Below, piece by piece: positions 47,960 to 57,752 of a DNA stretch of 60,198 bases. The stretch comes from Candidatus Hadarchaeota archaeon (lineage in GTDB: Archaea > Hadarchaeota > Hadarchaeia > Hadarchaeales > JAWBSP01). The notes beneath the pieces are model-generated. The model made no database searches. It saw only the letters and a list, made by a program, of their open reading frames with translations, and was not told where the DNA came from. Position 1 is the first letter of the stretch; each line of letters opens with the position of its first letter. The translations under genes and the position numbers were made by a program. The stretch spans positions 1 through 60,198 of the forward strand of contig CAYYWO010000002.1 of assembly GCA_964474885.1 (NCBI GenBank). Reading direction: 5' to 3'.

Positions 47960-49087
47960 TCACCCCAGCTTGTGCTGGAGCTTGACCGCAGCCTCCTCCA
48001 CATCCGCCCCCGCTAGGAGTTTTGCTAGAAGTCTCCCCGCCGATCGATCCCCATCCACAAGCTGGATGAGCTCGTGCGTTTTCCTCTCCCAAGACCGGGC
48101 CAAAAACTGATACAACTGCCTCTCCCTCTCGAAAGCGGCACCCATCTCCTCCAGCCAGCGGCTCTTGTACTTGCTTAGGAAATCCTGGCTCACATCCCCC
48201 TCCGTTATGGCATCCAGCGCCACCTCACCCGCGAGCTCCCCGCTCCGCAGGGCAACGAGCAGGCTCCCCCGGGAAATTGAGAGGACTTGCCAGCCCGCAC
48301 CACCCACCGCCAAGGCACCATCGGAACAGAAGATCCTCTGGTTCACGTCCGGGAAGAGGGCCCTGGAGCTTGAGACGGGGGCCGCCCCTCTCAGCTGCCG
48401 GATCCTCGAAACGAACTCCTCCAAGGAGGTCTCAGGATCCATCCTGAGACCCTGCACGCCCGCTACCGCAAACCCCTCCGTAAAGGGGTGGACCCAGCCC
48501 ACCCCAAGCGGGACGAGATATGGATCGAAGCGGAAGGATACCCAGTCGAAGGGCTCGACCCCCGCCAGCACGTGGTGAGCGGAGTAAACCGCCTGCTCCG
48601 GTTTCAGCTCTAGCCCCAGATGTTTCAGGAGGAGGCCCGACCAGACACCGCTGCATCCGCTCGCATCGATCACGACCTGGCACCTCACCTCTTCCCTCCA
48701 CGTTCCCCCCTCCAGCTTCACCCCTTCTACCCTGTTCCTCTTCACCAAGAGCTCCTTGACCGGGCTGCTTGTCCAGAGCTCCACACCCTTCTTTCTCGCT
48801 CTAAGAGCGAGGTGTCTGACCAGCCACTTCCAATCCAAGATGACACCCGGGTAGTCTACTTCCGCCTGCATGCCGTGAGCCTCGAACCTGACGCGCTTGA
48901 CCCGCTGGACGACCGCCCTCTCTAGCTCGGAAGGCAGGTGCTCTGAAGGCAGCCAGACGGACGAGAACTGGGTGCCGAGGGAAGCCTGCATTTCACAGAC
49001 CAAAACCTTGGCTTCGGGTGAAATCCGGTTCGCGGCAGACAGTCCAGCAGGGCCTGCTCCGATGACCACCACGTCGTACTCCTGCAT
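47960..49087 (-). CDS. Geranylgeranyl reductase family FAD oxidoreductase
   Basis: YDVVVIGAGPAG, VIDASG, PLGVGWVHP; divergent GG-A-G motif. Confidence 0.75.
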   Translation of the reverse strand: MQEYDVVVIGAGPAGLSAANRISPEAKVLVCEMQASLGTQFSSVWLPSEHLPSELERAVVQRVKRVRFEAHGMQAEVDYPGVILDWKWLVRHLALRARKKGVELWTSSPVKELLVKRNRVEGVKLEGGTWREEVRCQVVIDASGCSGVWSGLLLKHLGLELKPEQAVYSAHHVLAGVEPFDWVSFRFDPYLVPLGVGWVHPFTEGFAVAGVQGLRMDPETSLEEFVSRIRQLRGAAPVSSSRALFPDVNQRIFCSDGALAVGGAGWQVLSISRGSLLVALRSGELAGEVALDAITEGDVSQDFLSKYKSRWLEEMGAAFERERQLYQFLARSWERKTHELIQLVDGDRSAGRLLAKLLAGADVEEAAVKLQHKLG

Positions 49088-49154
49088 CCCCGCTTATCCA
49101 GCGGAGATCCTTTATAAAAAGCTGACAGATTTCTAGCCCGCCGGGGACTAGGTT

Positions 49155-49640
49155 ATGAGGTTCGCCTTGGACGGCATGCTCGGGAGGCTGGCACGCTGGC
49201 TCAGGCTGACGGGGCACGATGTCCTCTACGTCAACGAGCTCGATCTGCCTCCCGAAAAGCAAGACGAGTTCCTGCTGCAGAAGAGCCGCGAGAACTACAT
49301 AGTGGTCACCTCCGACAGGTCACTCTACCAAAGGGTAATCAGGGAAGGGGGTAGGGCCTCCTTTATCCAATCCAGCGAGCTGACGGAACAGCTGATCGAG
49401 CTGAGCAGGGAGGTGCCACTGGAGATAAATCTGGAGGAGTCTAGGTGCCCCCTCTGCAACGGCGAGCTGGAAGAGGTTGGGAGAGATGAGGTGGCAGGGG
49501 CAGTGCCCCGGTCCGTTCTGCAGAGGCACGAGCTCTTCTGGCGATGCGTCAGGTGCGGAAAGATATACTGGCAGGGAACCCACTGGAAGAATATTCTGGC
49601 AACTTTAGAGGAGTTCGAAAAGAAGAAGAATGAGGCTTAG
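49155..49640 (+). CDS. Mut7-C RNase domain protein
   Basis: DGMLGRLARWLR, SRCPLCNG, CVRCGKIYWQGTH. Confidence 0.88.
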   Translation: MRFALDGMLGRLARWLRLTGHDVLYVNELDLPPEKQDEFLLQKSRENYIVVTSDRSLYQRVIREGGRASFIQSSELTEQLIELSREVPLEINLEESRCPLCNGELEEVGRDEVAGAVPRSVLQRHELFWRCVRCGKIYWQGTHWKNILATLEEFEKKKNEA

Positions 49641-50223
49641 CGCCGAGGAGGGTAAATTTCTCGTCAGGCTGGCGAGGGAAAGCATCCTCGCCAAGATGAA
49701 GGGGCAGGCCATCAAGGTGCCCGAGGTATCAGAAAAGCTTAGAGAGAAGAGAGGGGTGTTCGTTTCCCTCCACAAAGATGGGGAGCTCAGGGGATGCATC
49801 GGTTACCCCTACCCTTACCTCCCCCTGGTGGAGGCCACCATCCAAGCTGCCCTCGCCGCCGCCTTTGAGGACCCCAGATTCCCACCCGTGAAGATGCAGG
49901 AGATGGAGCACACCACGGTCGAGGTCAGCGTGCTCAGCGAGCCGGAGCTCATCGTGGTGAAGGAGCCTAAAGATTACCCGAAAGCCGTGGAAGTCGGCAA
50001 GCACGGCTTAATCGTGGAAGGTGTGGGAACGAGCGGATTGCTCCTGCCCCAAGTGGCTATCGAGTTTGGGTGGGATGCTGAGGAATTCCTCTCTCAGACG
50101 TGCATGAAGGCGGGCTTGCCTCCAGATATGTGGCTGACCAAGGAGGTGAGAGTGAGCAGGTTCACAGCGCAGATCTTCTCGGAAGTTAAGCCAGGAGGAG
50201 ACGTGGTGGAGAGGAAGCCGTGA
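49630..50223 (+). CDS. AMMECR1 domain protein (TIGR00296-like)
   Basis: GVFVSL, LRGCIG, DPRF, GLLLPQV. Confidence 0.92.
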   Translation: MRLSAEEGKFLVRLARESILAKMKGQAIKVPEVSEKLREKRGVFVSLHKDGELRGCIGYPYPYLPLVEATIQAALAAAFEDPRFPPVKMQEMEHTTVEVSVLSEPELIVVKEPKDYPKAVEVGKHGLIVEGVGTSGLLLPQVAIEFGWDAEEFLSQTCMKAGLPPDMWLTKEVRVSRFTAQIFSEVKPGGDVVERKP

Positions 50224-50712
50224 ATGATCGAGAAAACGAGGTACTTGATCCTCGGAGTTCTGATCGCGAGCTGGTCCCTCGGCATCTTGTGCTTCAAGCA
50301 GGTCGGGGAAGTGCCCGTCAGGGACCTCTCGCCCGTGCGGGAGGGAAGCTGGAAGTGCGCATCCCAGTTCATCCTGCTGGTAGTTGCGGCTTTTTTCCTG
50401 GGCCATGTCGGTTTTGGTGTTGCGGCAGGGGCCATTTCGTTCCTCAGGGGGGTCTCGGACGGCAGGTACCTCTTCGATCTCCTTGAAATACTCAGCTTAC
50501 AGGTGCCGGCGGATCCGTACTTTGAGATCCTTGTCCTCCTCGGAAACACCCCTCTCTTTATCTGGGCGCTCTCTTTAGGCGGGGAGCGCTCCCTGACGCT
50601 CCTCTCTAGGTTGAGGGGTAAGCCAGTTTTGGGTTCAAGTTACCTCAAGGAACTCTCCCTCTTGCTGTCCACCTCTTTTCTAACCGCAGTCGCTTGGCTG
50701 CTCATAGCGTGA
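50224..50712 (+). CDS. Hypothetical membrane protein
   Basis: 162 aa with about four hydrophobic helices; directly follows the AMMECR1 gene. Confidence 0.6.
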   Translation: MIEKTRYLILGVLIASWSLGILCFKQVGEVPVRDLSPVREGSWKCASQFILLVVAAFFLGHVGFGVAAGAISFLRGVSDGRYLFDLLEILSLQVPADPYFEILVLLGNTPLFIWALSLGGERSLTLLSRLRGKPVLGSSYLKELSLLLSTSFLTAVAWLLIA

Positions 50713-50768
50713 ACCTTTCGGCCAAGAAGTTTCCACTTGAAGGTTAAAAGCCAAGCGGGGACATTTTG

Positions 50769-51122
50769 ATGAAGATTCTGAAAAAGATCCTAGGTACGGA
50801 GAAGAAACCGAAGTATACAGATGTTCAGGTGGTGGAAACAGATGTCCGGGAGAGAACAGGGGTTGAACCCATTTATGTCAAGAGTTTTGAACTGAACTCG
50901 ATTTCTGATGTCCAGACCATCTCGCATGAGCTGAGGGAGGGGAACATCGTGATAGTAAAATTAACCCCTCTGCTGAACAAGGACCCCGACGAGCTCCGGG
51001 AGGCTGTCGAACAGCTGAAGGGGATCTGTCAAACCATTGGAGGGGATCTGGCCAGACTGGATCCGGAAAAAATCATCGCAACCCCTAGGTTGTGTATCAT
51101 CCAGGTAAAAGAGAGCTCCTAA
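50769..51122 (+). CDS. sepF: Cell division protein SepF
   Basis: LREGNIVIV, LKG...IGGDLA, IIATP. Confidence 0.85.
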   Translation: MKILKKILGTEKKPKYTDVQVVETDVRERTGVEPIYVKSFELNSISDVQTISHELREGNIVIVKLTPLLNKDPDELREAVEQLKGICQTIGGDLARLDPEKIIATPRLCIIQVKESS

Positions 51123-53030
51123 TCACCTGAGCCTTATTGTCTCCAAGTTGTAGGGCGCGCGTGTTTCGACGGAGAGTATCCTGTGAATGGCAGAAGCCAG
51201 ACTGAGGCATTTCGATTCCTCACCGTGGCAACATATCACCCTGCTGGGTTTGGGCCTCATCCTCTTCACCCAGTTTATCAGGTGGGAGCGATCTGAGTGG
51301 CCACTGAACCCCTCGATTGTCTTCACCTGCAGCTTCACCTTGACGCCCCTGATCCTGCCACCCGGCTCCGGCATGGGGACCTCGGGGCATCCCTTCTGGA
51401 TCCTGCTACCCAAGGAGCCCTCCGCCTGATAGCCGACGAAGATCAGGCTGTTCCTCTCGTTCTCCGCCAAGTGTTTGAAGTACTCCAGCACAGGCCCGCC
51501 AGTCATCATACCCGAGGTGGACAGGATCACGCAGGGCTCATCCGATTTGATTACGGCCTGCCGGTGGTCGGGCCCCTCCACCCTCTCGAAGATAGGCGCC
51601 CGGAAGGGGTTCGAGTCTTCTGAGAGGATCTGCTCCCTGATCTCGGGGTTTAGATATTCGGGATAGAGGGCGTGCACGCACGTGGCATCCCAGATCATGC
51701 CATCCAGGTAGACCTTGCCCTCGAACAGACCCTTCTGGTACGCATCAGCAAAGACCAGCATGATCTCCTGGGACCTGCCCACCGAGAAAACGGGGATGAT
51801 CACCTTTCCGCCCCGCTCCAAGGTTGAGTTGGTGGTCTGGATGAGCTCGGCCTCCGCCTGGTCCCGTGGCGGGTGAGCGTCCTCGGGCCCCCCGTAGGTA
51901 CTCTCCATTATCAGCGTCTCCACCCGAGGGAAGATCCTGGCTGCCGGGAGAAAGAGGCGCGTCTTTTCGAACTTTATGTCCCCGGCGTAAACCAAGTTGT
52001 GCAGCCCCTCGCCTATGTGCAGGTGTGTGACGCAGCTCCCCAGGATGTGCCCGGCGTTGTGGAAGGTTATCTTGACATCTGGGGAGATGTCCGTCACCTC
52101 CCCGTAGTTGAGCGTTATGCAGTGGGTCAGGAAGGCCCTCATCTCATCCCTCCCGAACGGGGGCTCCCTCCCCTGCTCCTCGCATACCTTCAGGTAGTCC
52201 GAGCCCAGGAGCAAGACTAGGTCCCTGGTCGGAGGGGTGCAGTAAACCGGTCCCTCGTACCCGTACCGGAAGAGGGAGAAGACGAAACCCGAGTGGTCCA
52301 GGTGCGCATGGGAGAGGACCACTGCCTCTATCTGGCGCAGATCTGCCTCGGGGACATCCATGTACGGATATGCCTTCTCCTCGGAGGCTACGTTCACACC
52401 GCAGTCCAGCAGGATCCTGCTCTCAGGGGTTTGGAGAAGCACCGCAGATCTCCCCACCTCTCTCGAGCCTCCCAGAAAGGTTACCCTCACCCACTCCTGC
52501 TTGGAGGCGCGGCCCCGGTAGATCCTCCTGCCTATCTTCCTCAAGACCGATCTCCTAGTTTCGAGATCCGCTCTGAGCGACCTGTACAGGTGGTCGACGA
52601 AGGTTGATCTGATGGGCGGCGCCCTCACGACCCTAGGCGCCCACCCCGTCTTGCCCAGTATCTCCCTGAAGATCACCCCCTCTTTACCCACCACCATCCC
52701 GGGCTTGACGGCCTCTATGATGACCTCCCCTAGCTCCTCGTTGAACTCGAGCGAGCGTATCTCCGCCTCCGCGGGGACTATCCGCCTTATCTCCTCCTCC
52801 GCCTTCCGCTCCTCCAAGCGGAGGCTTGGATCCGGCCTGAGCAAGATGCGCTTCCTGAACTTCTTGGCCAGCTCCCTCACGAGTCCCGCGTTCTCGACGA
52901 AGGCCGTGAAATCCTTGCAGTAGAAAACGATGGTGGGTCCCTCCACGTCCACCTTGGAGATGGAGGGCAGGAGATCGTACTCTTCCTTCAACGCCTGCCT
53001 AATCCCCTTCAGCATTTCGTCCGCCGTCAT
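51123..53030 (-). CDS. fttA: Beta-CASP ribonuclease aCPSF1 (FttA)
   Basis: KH domains, GGSREVGRS, SHAHLDH, AGHILG, GFSGHSD, HGE. Confidence 0.95.
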   Translation of the reverse strand: MTADEMLKGIRQALKEEYDLLPSISKVDVEGPTIVFYCKDFTAFVENAGLVRELAKKFRKRILLRPDPSLRLEERKAEEEIRRIVPAEAEIRSLEFNEELGEVIIEAVKPGMVVGKEGVIFREILGKTGWAPRVVRAPPIRSTFVDHLYRSLRADLETRRSVLRKIGRRIYRGRASKQEWVRVTFLGGSREVGRSAVLLQTPESRILLDCGVNVASEEKAYPYMDVPEADLRQIEAVVLSHAHLDHSGFVFSLFRYGYEGPVYCTPPTRDLVLLLGSDYLKVCEEQGREPPFGRDEMRAFLTHCITLNYGEVTDISPDVKITFHNAGHILGSCVTHLHIGEGLHNLVYAGDIKFEKTRLFLPAARIFPRVETLIMESTYGGPEDAHPPRDQAEAELIQTTNSTLERGGKVIIPVFSVGRSQEIMLVFADAYQKGLFEGKVYLDGMIWDATCVHALYPEYLNPEIREQILSEDSNPFRAPIFERVEGPDHRQAVIKSDEPCVILSTSGMMTGGPVLEYFKHLAENERNSLIFVGYQAEGSLGSRIQKGCPEVPMPEPGGRIRGVKVKLQVKTIEGFSGHSDRSHLINWVKRMRPKPSRVICCHGEESKCLSLASAIHRILSVETRAPYNLETIRLR

Positions 53031-53037
53031 GCCGGAC

Positions 53038-53670
53038 CTAACAGAGCTTTTTTATTTCCTCAGGCGAGAGAAGCCTGACCCCTTCATCTGTTATGACGGC
53101 CGCCCGGATTTCGTTCCCGGTTGCGATGTCCCTCTTCATGGCCACACGAACTGCCTGAACGACCAGGGGCAGGGCCTCCGAGACCTCCATATCCTCCCTG
53201 AACATCCTCTCGAGCAGGCCGTAGGCGACGGGCGAGCCGGACCCGGTGGCAGCCATCCGCTCCTCCGTCACCGTCCCGTCCAAGTCAACAAACGCCAGCC
53301 TCGGTTTCGAATCGTAGCCGCCCAGCAGCAGGTTCACGATGTAGGGGAAGAGGTACTGGGAGTTCAGCACGCGAGAGGCTATCCTGGCGAGGGGCATGAC
53401 CTCGATTTCCCTGCCCTCGACGACCCTGTACAGTCTCGCCTCCGCCTGCAGGAGCTCCACTAGCTTTTCGGCATCCCCAACCGCTCCCGCTATGGTCACC
53501 GCTATCCTGTCCGTCACTGCGTAGATCTTCCTGGCCTCCTTGCTGGCCACCACGTGACCGGCGGTTGCCCTGGAGTCGCATGCCAGAACCGTCCCATCCG
53601 TGCAGGCAACACCTACAGTAGTCGTTCCCCCAAACTTCTCAATCTTTTCCTTTAACTTCAAACCAAACAC
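53038..53670 (-). CDS. psmB: Proteasome beta subunit
   Basis: G|TTTVG, DSRATAG, ATGSGSPVAYG. Confidence 0.95.
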   Translation of the reverse strand: MFGLKLKEKIEKFGGTTTVGVACTDGTVLACDSRATAGHVVASKEARKIYAVTDRIAVTIAGAVGDAEKLVELLQAEARLYRVVEGREIEVMPLARIASRVLNSQYLFPYIVNLLLGGYDSKPRLAFVDLDGTVTEERMAATGSGSPVAYGLLERMFREDMEVSEALPLVVQAVRVAMKRDIATGNEIRAAVITDEGVRLLSPEEIKKLC

Positions 53671-53736
53671 CTCGCCTTGAATCCTAATATCATGTGTTCT
53701 CCATAAATAGCTCTTCCCGCCAGCAGTTGATTAGAA

Positions 53737-54660
53737 ATGGAGAGGGAGTTCGAGACCAAGAGGATTTTCCAGCACCTAGACGAACTCTGCTACTCCATAG
53801 GGCCCAGGCCAGCCGGTTCGGAGGCCGAGAGGCTCGCCTCTGAATACGTCAGGAGCCGGTTCGCCGAAGCGGGATTAAAGACCAAAACTCACCGTTTCAT
53901 CTTCTGGAAGCCTGAGAGATGGCTCCCGTGCCTATTCCTCCCTCCCGTCCTGGCCTTTTTTTCGAGAACTGCTTGCCTGGTCACATGGCTGGCTGCCACG
54001 GTTTTTCTCGCCACCAGAAGGGGAAGGTCCGTCATTGTCTCGGCGTCCCAATGGAGAAAGCCGAAGATCGTGATAGGTGCCCAGCTCGACTCAGGACCCG
54101 TCCCTCCAGTCGGGATCCTTAAGCTTTACCTCCCTCTGAGCTCTCTTCTGGTCGCGCTCTGGTTTTTCCTCATAGAGTGGAACTTCTTCCCCCTCCTGGT
54201 GGTTGCTCCTCTGCTCTCGTTTTTCACCAAGAGATCCCGCTCCCCGGGTGCCACCGATGCCTCCGGCTTAGCCCTGCTCCTCGAGCTATGTGAGCGTCAT
54301 AAAGAGGGGGTGATCTTCGCTGCCGCTGGAGCGGGGGAGAGACGAAGGGCCGGGCTCAGAGAGCTCTGCCGGATCTTCCAAGGTAAGACCGTGATCTGGT
54401 TGGAGAGGATCGGGAAGGGAAAACTCATCGTGCAGGAAAGGGGGACACAGCTCTCGAGAAAACTCAACCTTCCGAACGCGGGCCCCCCGCCACTCCGGAG
54501 CCCCCTCTGTCTGATACGGTCCGATGCCCCCCATGAGGACGCCGCCGATGATTTGCCTGAAAAGGTCTCCGCGGCGAACCTCGAAAGGCTCGGGAAAACC
54601 ATGCTAAAATGGTTAAGTCAATTTAGCGATGCATCCCTCAAAGAAGATCGTAGGAAGTAG
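53737..54660 (+). CDS. Degenerate M28 peptidase-like membrane protein
   Basis: GPRPAGSEAE N-terminus; IGAQLDS, GATDASG, GER in place of the canonical motifs. Confidence 0.6.
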   Translation: MEREFETKRIFQHLDELCYSIGPRPAGSEAERLASEYVRSRFAEAGLKTKTHRFIFWKPERWLPCLFLPPVLAFFSRTACLVTWLAATVFLATRRGRSVIVSASQWRKPKIVIGAQLDSGPVPPVGILKLYLPLSSLLVALWFFLIEWNFFPLLVVAPLLSFFTKRSRSPGATDASGLALLLELCERHKEGVIFAAAGAGERRRAGLRELCRIFQGKTVIWLERIGKGKLIVQERGTQLSRKLNLPNAGPPPLRSPLCLIRSDAPHEDAADDLPEKVSAANLERLGKTMLKWLSQFSDASLKEDRRK

Positions 54661-55834
54661 AGGGCGGGAGCTGGAGAATCTGCGGATCCTGCTCTGCATC
54701 TGCGGCAGTGTGGCGGCTTCCGAGGCTCCTCGGCTCGCCAGGGAGCTCATGCGGAGGGGTGCCCAAGTTAGGTGCGCCATGACCGAAAAGGCCCTTGAGA
54801 TGGTATCCACCCAGCTGATGCACTGGGCTACTGGAGAGGAAGTCATCTGCGGGATGAGCGGGCACCTGGAGCACCTGCGGCTGGCGGACTGGTCGGACAT
54901 CATCGTTGTCGCCCCAGCCACCGCGAACACCATTGGAAAGATCGCAAACGGGATCTGTGACAACGTGGTGACGGCCACTGTCTGTGCAGCCCTGGGATTG
55001 GAGAAGCGCTTGGTCATCGTCCCGTCCATGGCGGAGTCCATGCTCAGGAACCCTTTCGTTCAGGAGAACCTGCGGAGACTCGAAGAAGGGGGGCTGCACG
55101 TTCTTAGGCCAAAGATCGAGGAGGGGAAGGCCAAGATCCCCGGACCCGAGGAGATCGCTGACTATGTCGCCAGCCTGCTGAGACCGAGGGACCTCCAGGG
55201 GAAGAGAATCATAGTGACCGCCGGCCCCACCCACGAGCCGATCGACGACGTGAAGTTCATCTCGAATGCGAGCTCCGGAAAAATGGGGGTGGAGCTCGCA
55301 AGGGAAGCCAGGGACAGGGGGGCCCGGGTCGTGCTCATCTACGGGCCGGGGACTGAGAAGCCCCCGGAGAACGTGGAGGTCATCAGGGTCAGGACGACGG
55401 AGGAGATGGCCCGAGCCGCCAGGGAGGGGATGCTGAAGGGGGCCGATGCGGTGATCTTCGCTGCCGCCCCCCAGGATCTCAAACCCGAGAGGAGGGCCGA
55501 GAAGAAGCTCAGAGCTGATCAAGAGTACCAGCTGAAGCTCGTGCCTGCCCCCCGCGTGAGTGCGGGCGCGAGGGAACTCCTCCCAAATGCGGTGCTGGTC
55601 GCCTTCAAGGCGGAGTACCGAGTGACGGACTCCCAGCTGCTGGAGGCTGGAAGGGCCAAGCTGCAGGAGGGGTTTGACATCGTGGTGGCCAACGATGTGG
55701 GGAGGGAAGGCGTCGGTTTCGCCTCGGATGAAAACGAGGTCCTCATCATAACCCCCACCGGCTACCGGAAGGAGAGGGGATCGAAAAGATACCTGGCGAG
55801 GCTCATCATCGATGAAATAGCCAAGCGGAAGTGA
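54629..55834 (+). CDS. coaBC: Phosphopantothenoylcysteine decarboxylase/synthase
   Basis: GSVAA, APATANTI, TAGPTHEPID, NASSGKMG, AFKAE, VANDV. Confidence 0.93.
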   Translation: MHPSKKIVGSRGRELENLRILLCICGSVAASEAPRLARELMRRGAQVRCAMTEKALEMVSTQLMHWATGEEVICGMSGHLEHLRLADWSDIIVVAPATANTIGKIANGICDNVVTATVCAALGLEKRLVIVPSMAESMLRNPFVQENLRRLEEGGLHVLRPKIEEGKAKIPGPEEIADYVASLLRPRDLQGKRIIVTAGPTHEPIDDVKFISNASSGKMGVELAREARDRGARVVLIYGPGTEKPPENVEVIRVRTTEEMARAAREGMLKGADAVIFAAAPQDLKPERRAEKKLRADQEYQLKLVPAPRVSAGARELLPNAVLVAFKAEYRVTDSQLLEAGRAKLQEGFDIVVANDVGREGVGFASDENEVLIITPTGYRKERGSKRYLARLIIDEIAKRK

Positions 55835-56724
55835 AGTGTTGGGCTTTCGTTCCGGGCCACGTCTCCGGCTTCTTCCAACCGGTGATCTCCCCCTCCCCCT
55901 ACCGGACGGGATCTAGAAACTTCGGCCCCTGCCTGTCTTTGGGGGTCTGGACATGCGCGGAGAATGGGGATGGGATCTACCTGAACGATAGAGAAGCCGA
56001 GATCGAGCCGACGGGCTGGGTCCTAAGGAGGCTGGGGGTCCGAGTTCGCATAAGACACTACTGCCAGGTTCCATTAGGTTCCGGTTTTGGTGCGAGCGGA
56101 GCCTTCGCTCTAGGAACTGCCCTAGCTACAGCAAGACTTCTCGGGCTGAAAGCGCGTAAGAGAGAGCTTGTGAGGATTGCCCACGAGGCTGAAGTGACCT
56201 GCCGGACGGGTCTGGGGGATGTTGGCCCCCAATCCTTAGGCGGCGTCGTCGTCACGACAAGAGCTGGGGCACCTCCTTATGGGAAATGGAGGCGCCTGAG
56301 GACGGGCAAGGTGAGGATCCTCTGCGCCAATCTGGGCCCAATCTGCACAAAAGACCTGCTGAGAGATGAGGAGTTCCTGAGGAAGGCAAGGGCCCTTGGG
56401 GGGAGAGCCCTGAGGAAGGTTCTGGCTAGGCCCACGCTTGGGCGAGCCATGGAGGCCAGCTTGGAGTTCTCGAAGAGCCTGGGCCTGCTCGATCGGGAGC
56501 TGGAAGGGCTGATCAGAGTCTGTCGGAGGGAGGGGGTCCTAGCCAGCCAGATCATGCTCGGTCGCGGGATCTTCTGCTTCGTTCCGCAAAAGAAAATGCC
56601 CCGCGTCAAGAGGGGCTTGGTCGAGGTCCTGGGCAGGGAGAAGGTCCTATCGTGCAGGGTCGGAGGGGGCGCCGAGATCAAAAGTGCTCCTCGTGGCAGA
56701 CCTGCGAAAGCGGCAGCCTCCTAG
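55831..56724 (+). CDS. Pantoate kinase (GHMP family)
   Basis: PGHVSGFF, PLGSGFGASG, AHEAEV..TGLGDV; follows coaBC. Confidence 0.88.
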   Translation: MKCWAFVPGHVSGFFQPVISPSPYRTGSRNFGPCLSLGVWTCAENGDGIYLNDREAEIEPTGWVLRRLGVRVRIRHYCQVPLGSGFGASGAFALGTALATARLLGLKARKRELVRIAHEAEVTCRTGLGDVGPQSLGGVVVTTRAGAPPYGKWRRLRTGKVRILCANLGPICTKDLLRDEEFLRKARALGGRALRKVLARPTLGRAMEASLEFSKSLGLLDRELEGLIRVCRREGVLASQIMLGRGIFCFVPQKKMPRVKRGLVEVLGREKVLSCRVGGGAEIKSAPRGRPAKAAAS

Positions 56725-57199
56725 GCCGGGCAGGCCTCTCAGCTGGCTTCCCTATCGGGATGATTGCAACCGGCCTGACGTTCTCAGGAGCATTTATCAC
56801 GCGAGCCACTTCTTCGTCCAGAAAGGCGCCCACCCAGCACGCGCCGTATCCCAAAGCGTGGGCAGCAAGCAGAATATTCTGAACCGCGGCAGCGGTGTCC
56901 TGGATGCAGTAGAGCTTCTTCCCCCGCTCCCCGTACCTCCAGGCGGATCTGGATACATTGGCGCAAACGACTATCACCAGCGGCGCCTCCGCTATGAACT
57001 CCTGCCCCAAGGCGGCGTCGGCTAGGGCCCGCTTCCTTTCCGGGTGCCTGACCAAGACGAACTCCCAGGGCTGGCAGTTCCCAGCACTGGGGGCTAGGCA
57101 GGCGGCCTCCAGAATTTTCTGCACGTGCTGCTCGGGGATAGGGTCGGGCCTGAAGCTCCGGATGCTCCGCCTCTCTCTGATCGCCTCGAAAACGTCCAT
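56678..57199 (-). CDS. Nitroreductase family protein
   Basis: RRSIRSF, APSAGNCQPWEF, GACWVGAF. Confidence 0.92.
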   Translation of the reverse strand: MDVFEAIRERRSIRSFRPDPIPEQHVQKILEAACLAPSAGNCQPWEFVLVRHPERKRALADAALGQEFIAEAPLVIVVCANVSRSAWRYGERGKKLYCIQDTAAAVQNILLAAHALGYGACWVGAFLDEEVARVINAPENVRPVAIIPIGKPAERPARPRRLPLSQVCHEEHF

Positions 57200-57228
57200 C
57201 CTTTTTTGAGAGGGTCCGGTAAAAGAGA

Positions 57229-57474
57229 ATGTACGAGGTGGACCACCTGCTGGTAAGAAGTTACCAAGCCCTGGAGGACAAGGTTAGGGATGGTCCGCTG
57301 ACGGAAGATGACATAAAGATGGTTTTTGAAATCCACATCGCACCCAGGCTGGAAAGGCTACAGCGACAGCTCGGCATCAGGGACCCTGTAGAGCTCAAGA
57401 GGCTGGAGGACTACATCTTCTCCAAGCTCCGGGAGAAGAGCGAGCTCCTGAACTCCCAGTACTGGTCGAAGTAA
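57229..57474 (+). CDS. Hypothetical helical protein
   Basis: 81 aa with host-like codon use; coupled (TAATG) to the next ORF. Confidence 0.6.
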   Translation: MYEVDHLLVRSYQALEDKVRDGPLTEDDIKMVFEIHIAPRLERLQRQLGIRDPVELKRLEDYIFSKLREKSELLNSQYWSK

Positions 57475-57731
57475 TGGTGGAGGAGCTCCAGTGGCTGGAT
57501 AGAAACAAGAATGCAGAACTCGTTTTCAGGCTCATCTCGGAGGAAGAGGAGGTAACCCCCCTCCAGCTCCTCCAGGCCTCCAAACTGGAGTGCTGGCTGC
57601 TGAAGCACATCCTGGACCGGCTGCAGAAGGAGGGGCTGGTGAGGAGGAGCCAGGCAGGTTTCGCCCTCACGGAAAAAGGGAGGAACCTGAAGGAGAAGCT
57701 CAAAACCACTCTCGAACTCAAAAAGGTATAG
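57474..57731 (+). CDS. Winged-helix DNA-binding protein
   Basis: ILDRLQKEGLV...FALTEKG wing motif. Confidence 0.7.
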   Translation: MVEELQWLDRNKNAELVFRLISEEEEVTPLQLLQASKLECWLLKHILDRLQKEGLVRRSQAGFALTEKGRNLKEKLKTTLELKKV

Positions 57732-57752
57732 ACGGGCAGTCCTAGGGATTAG

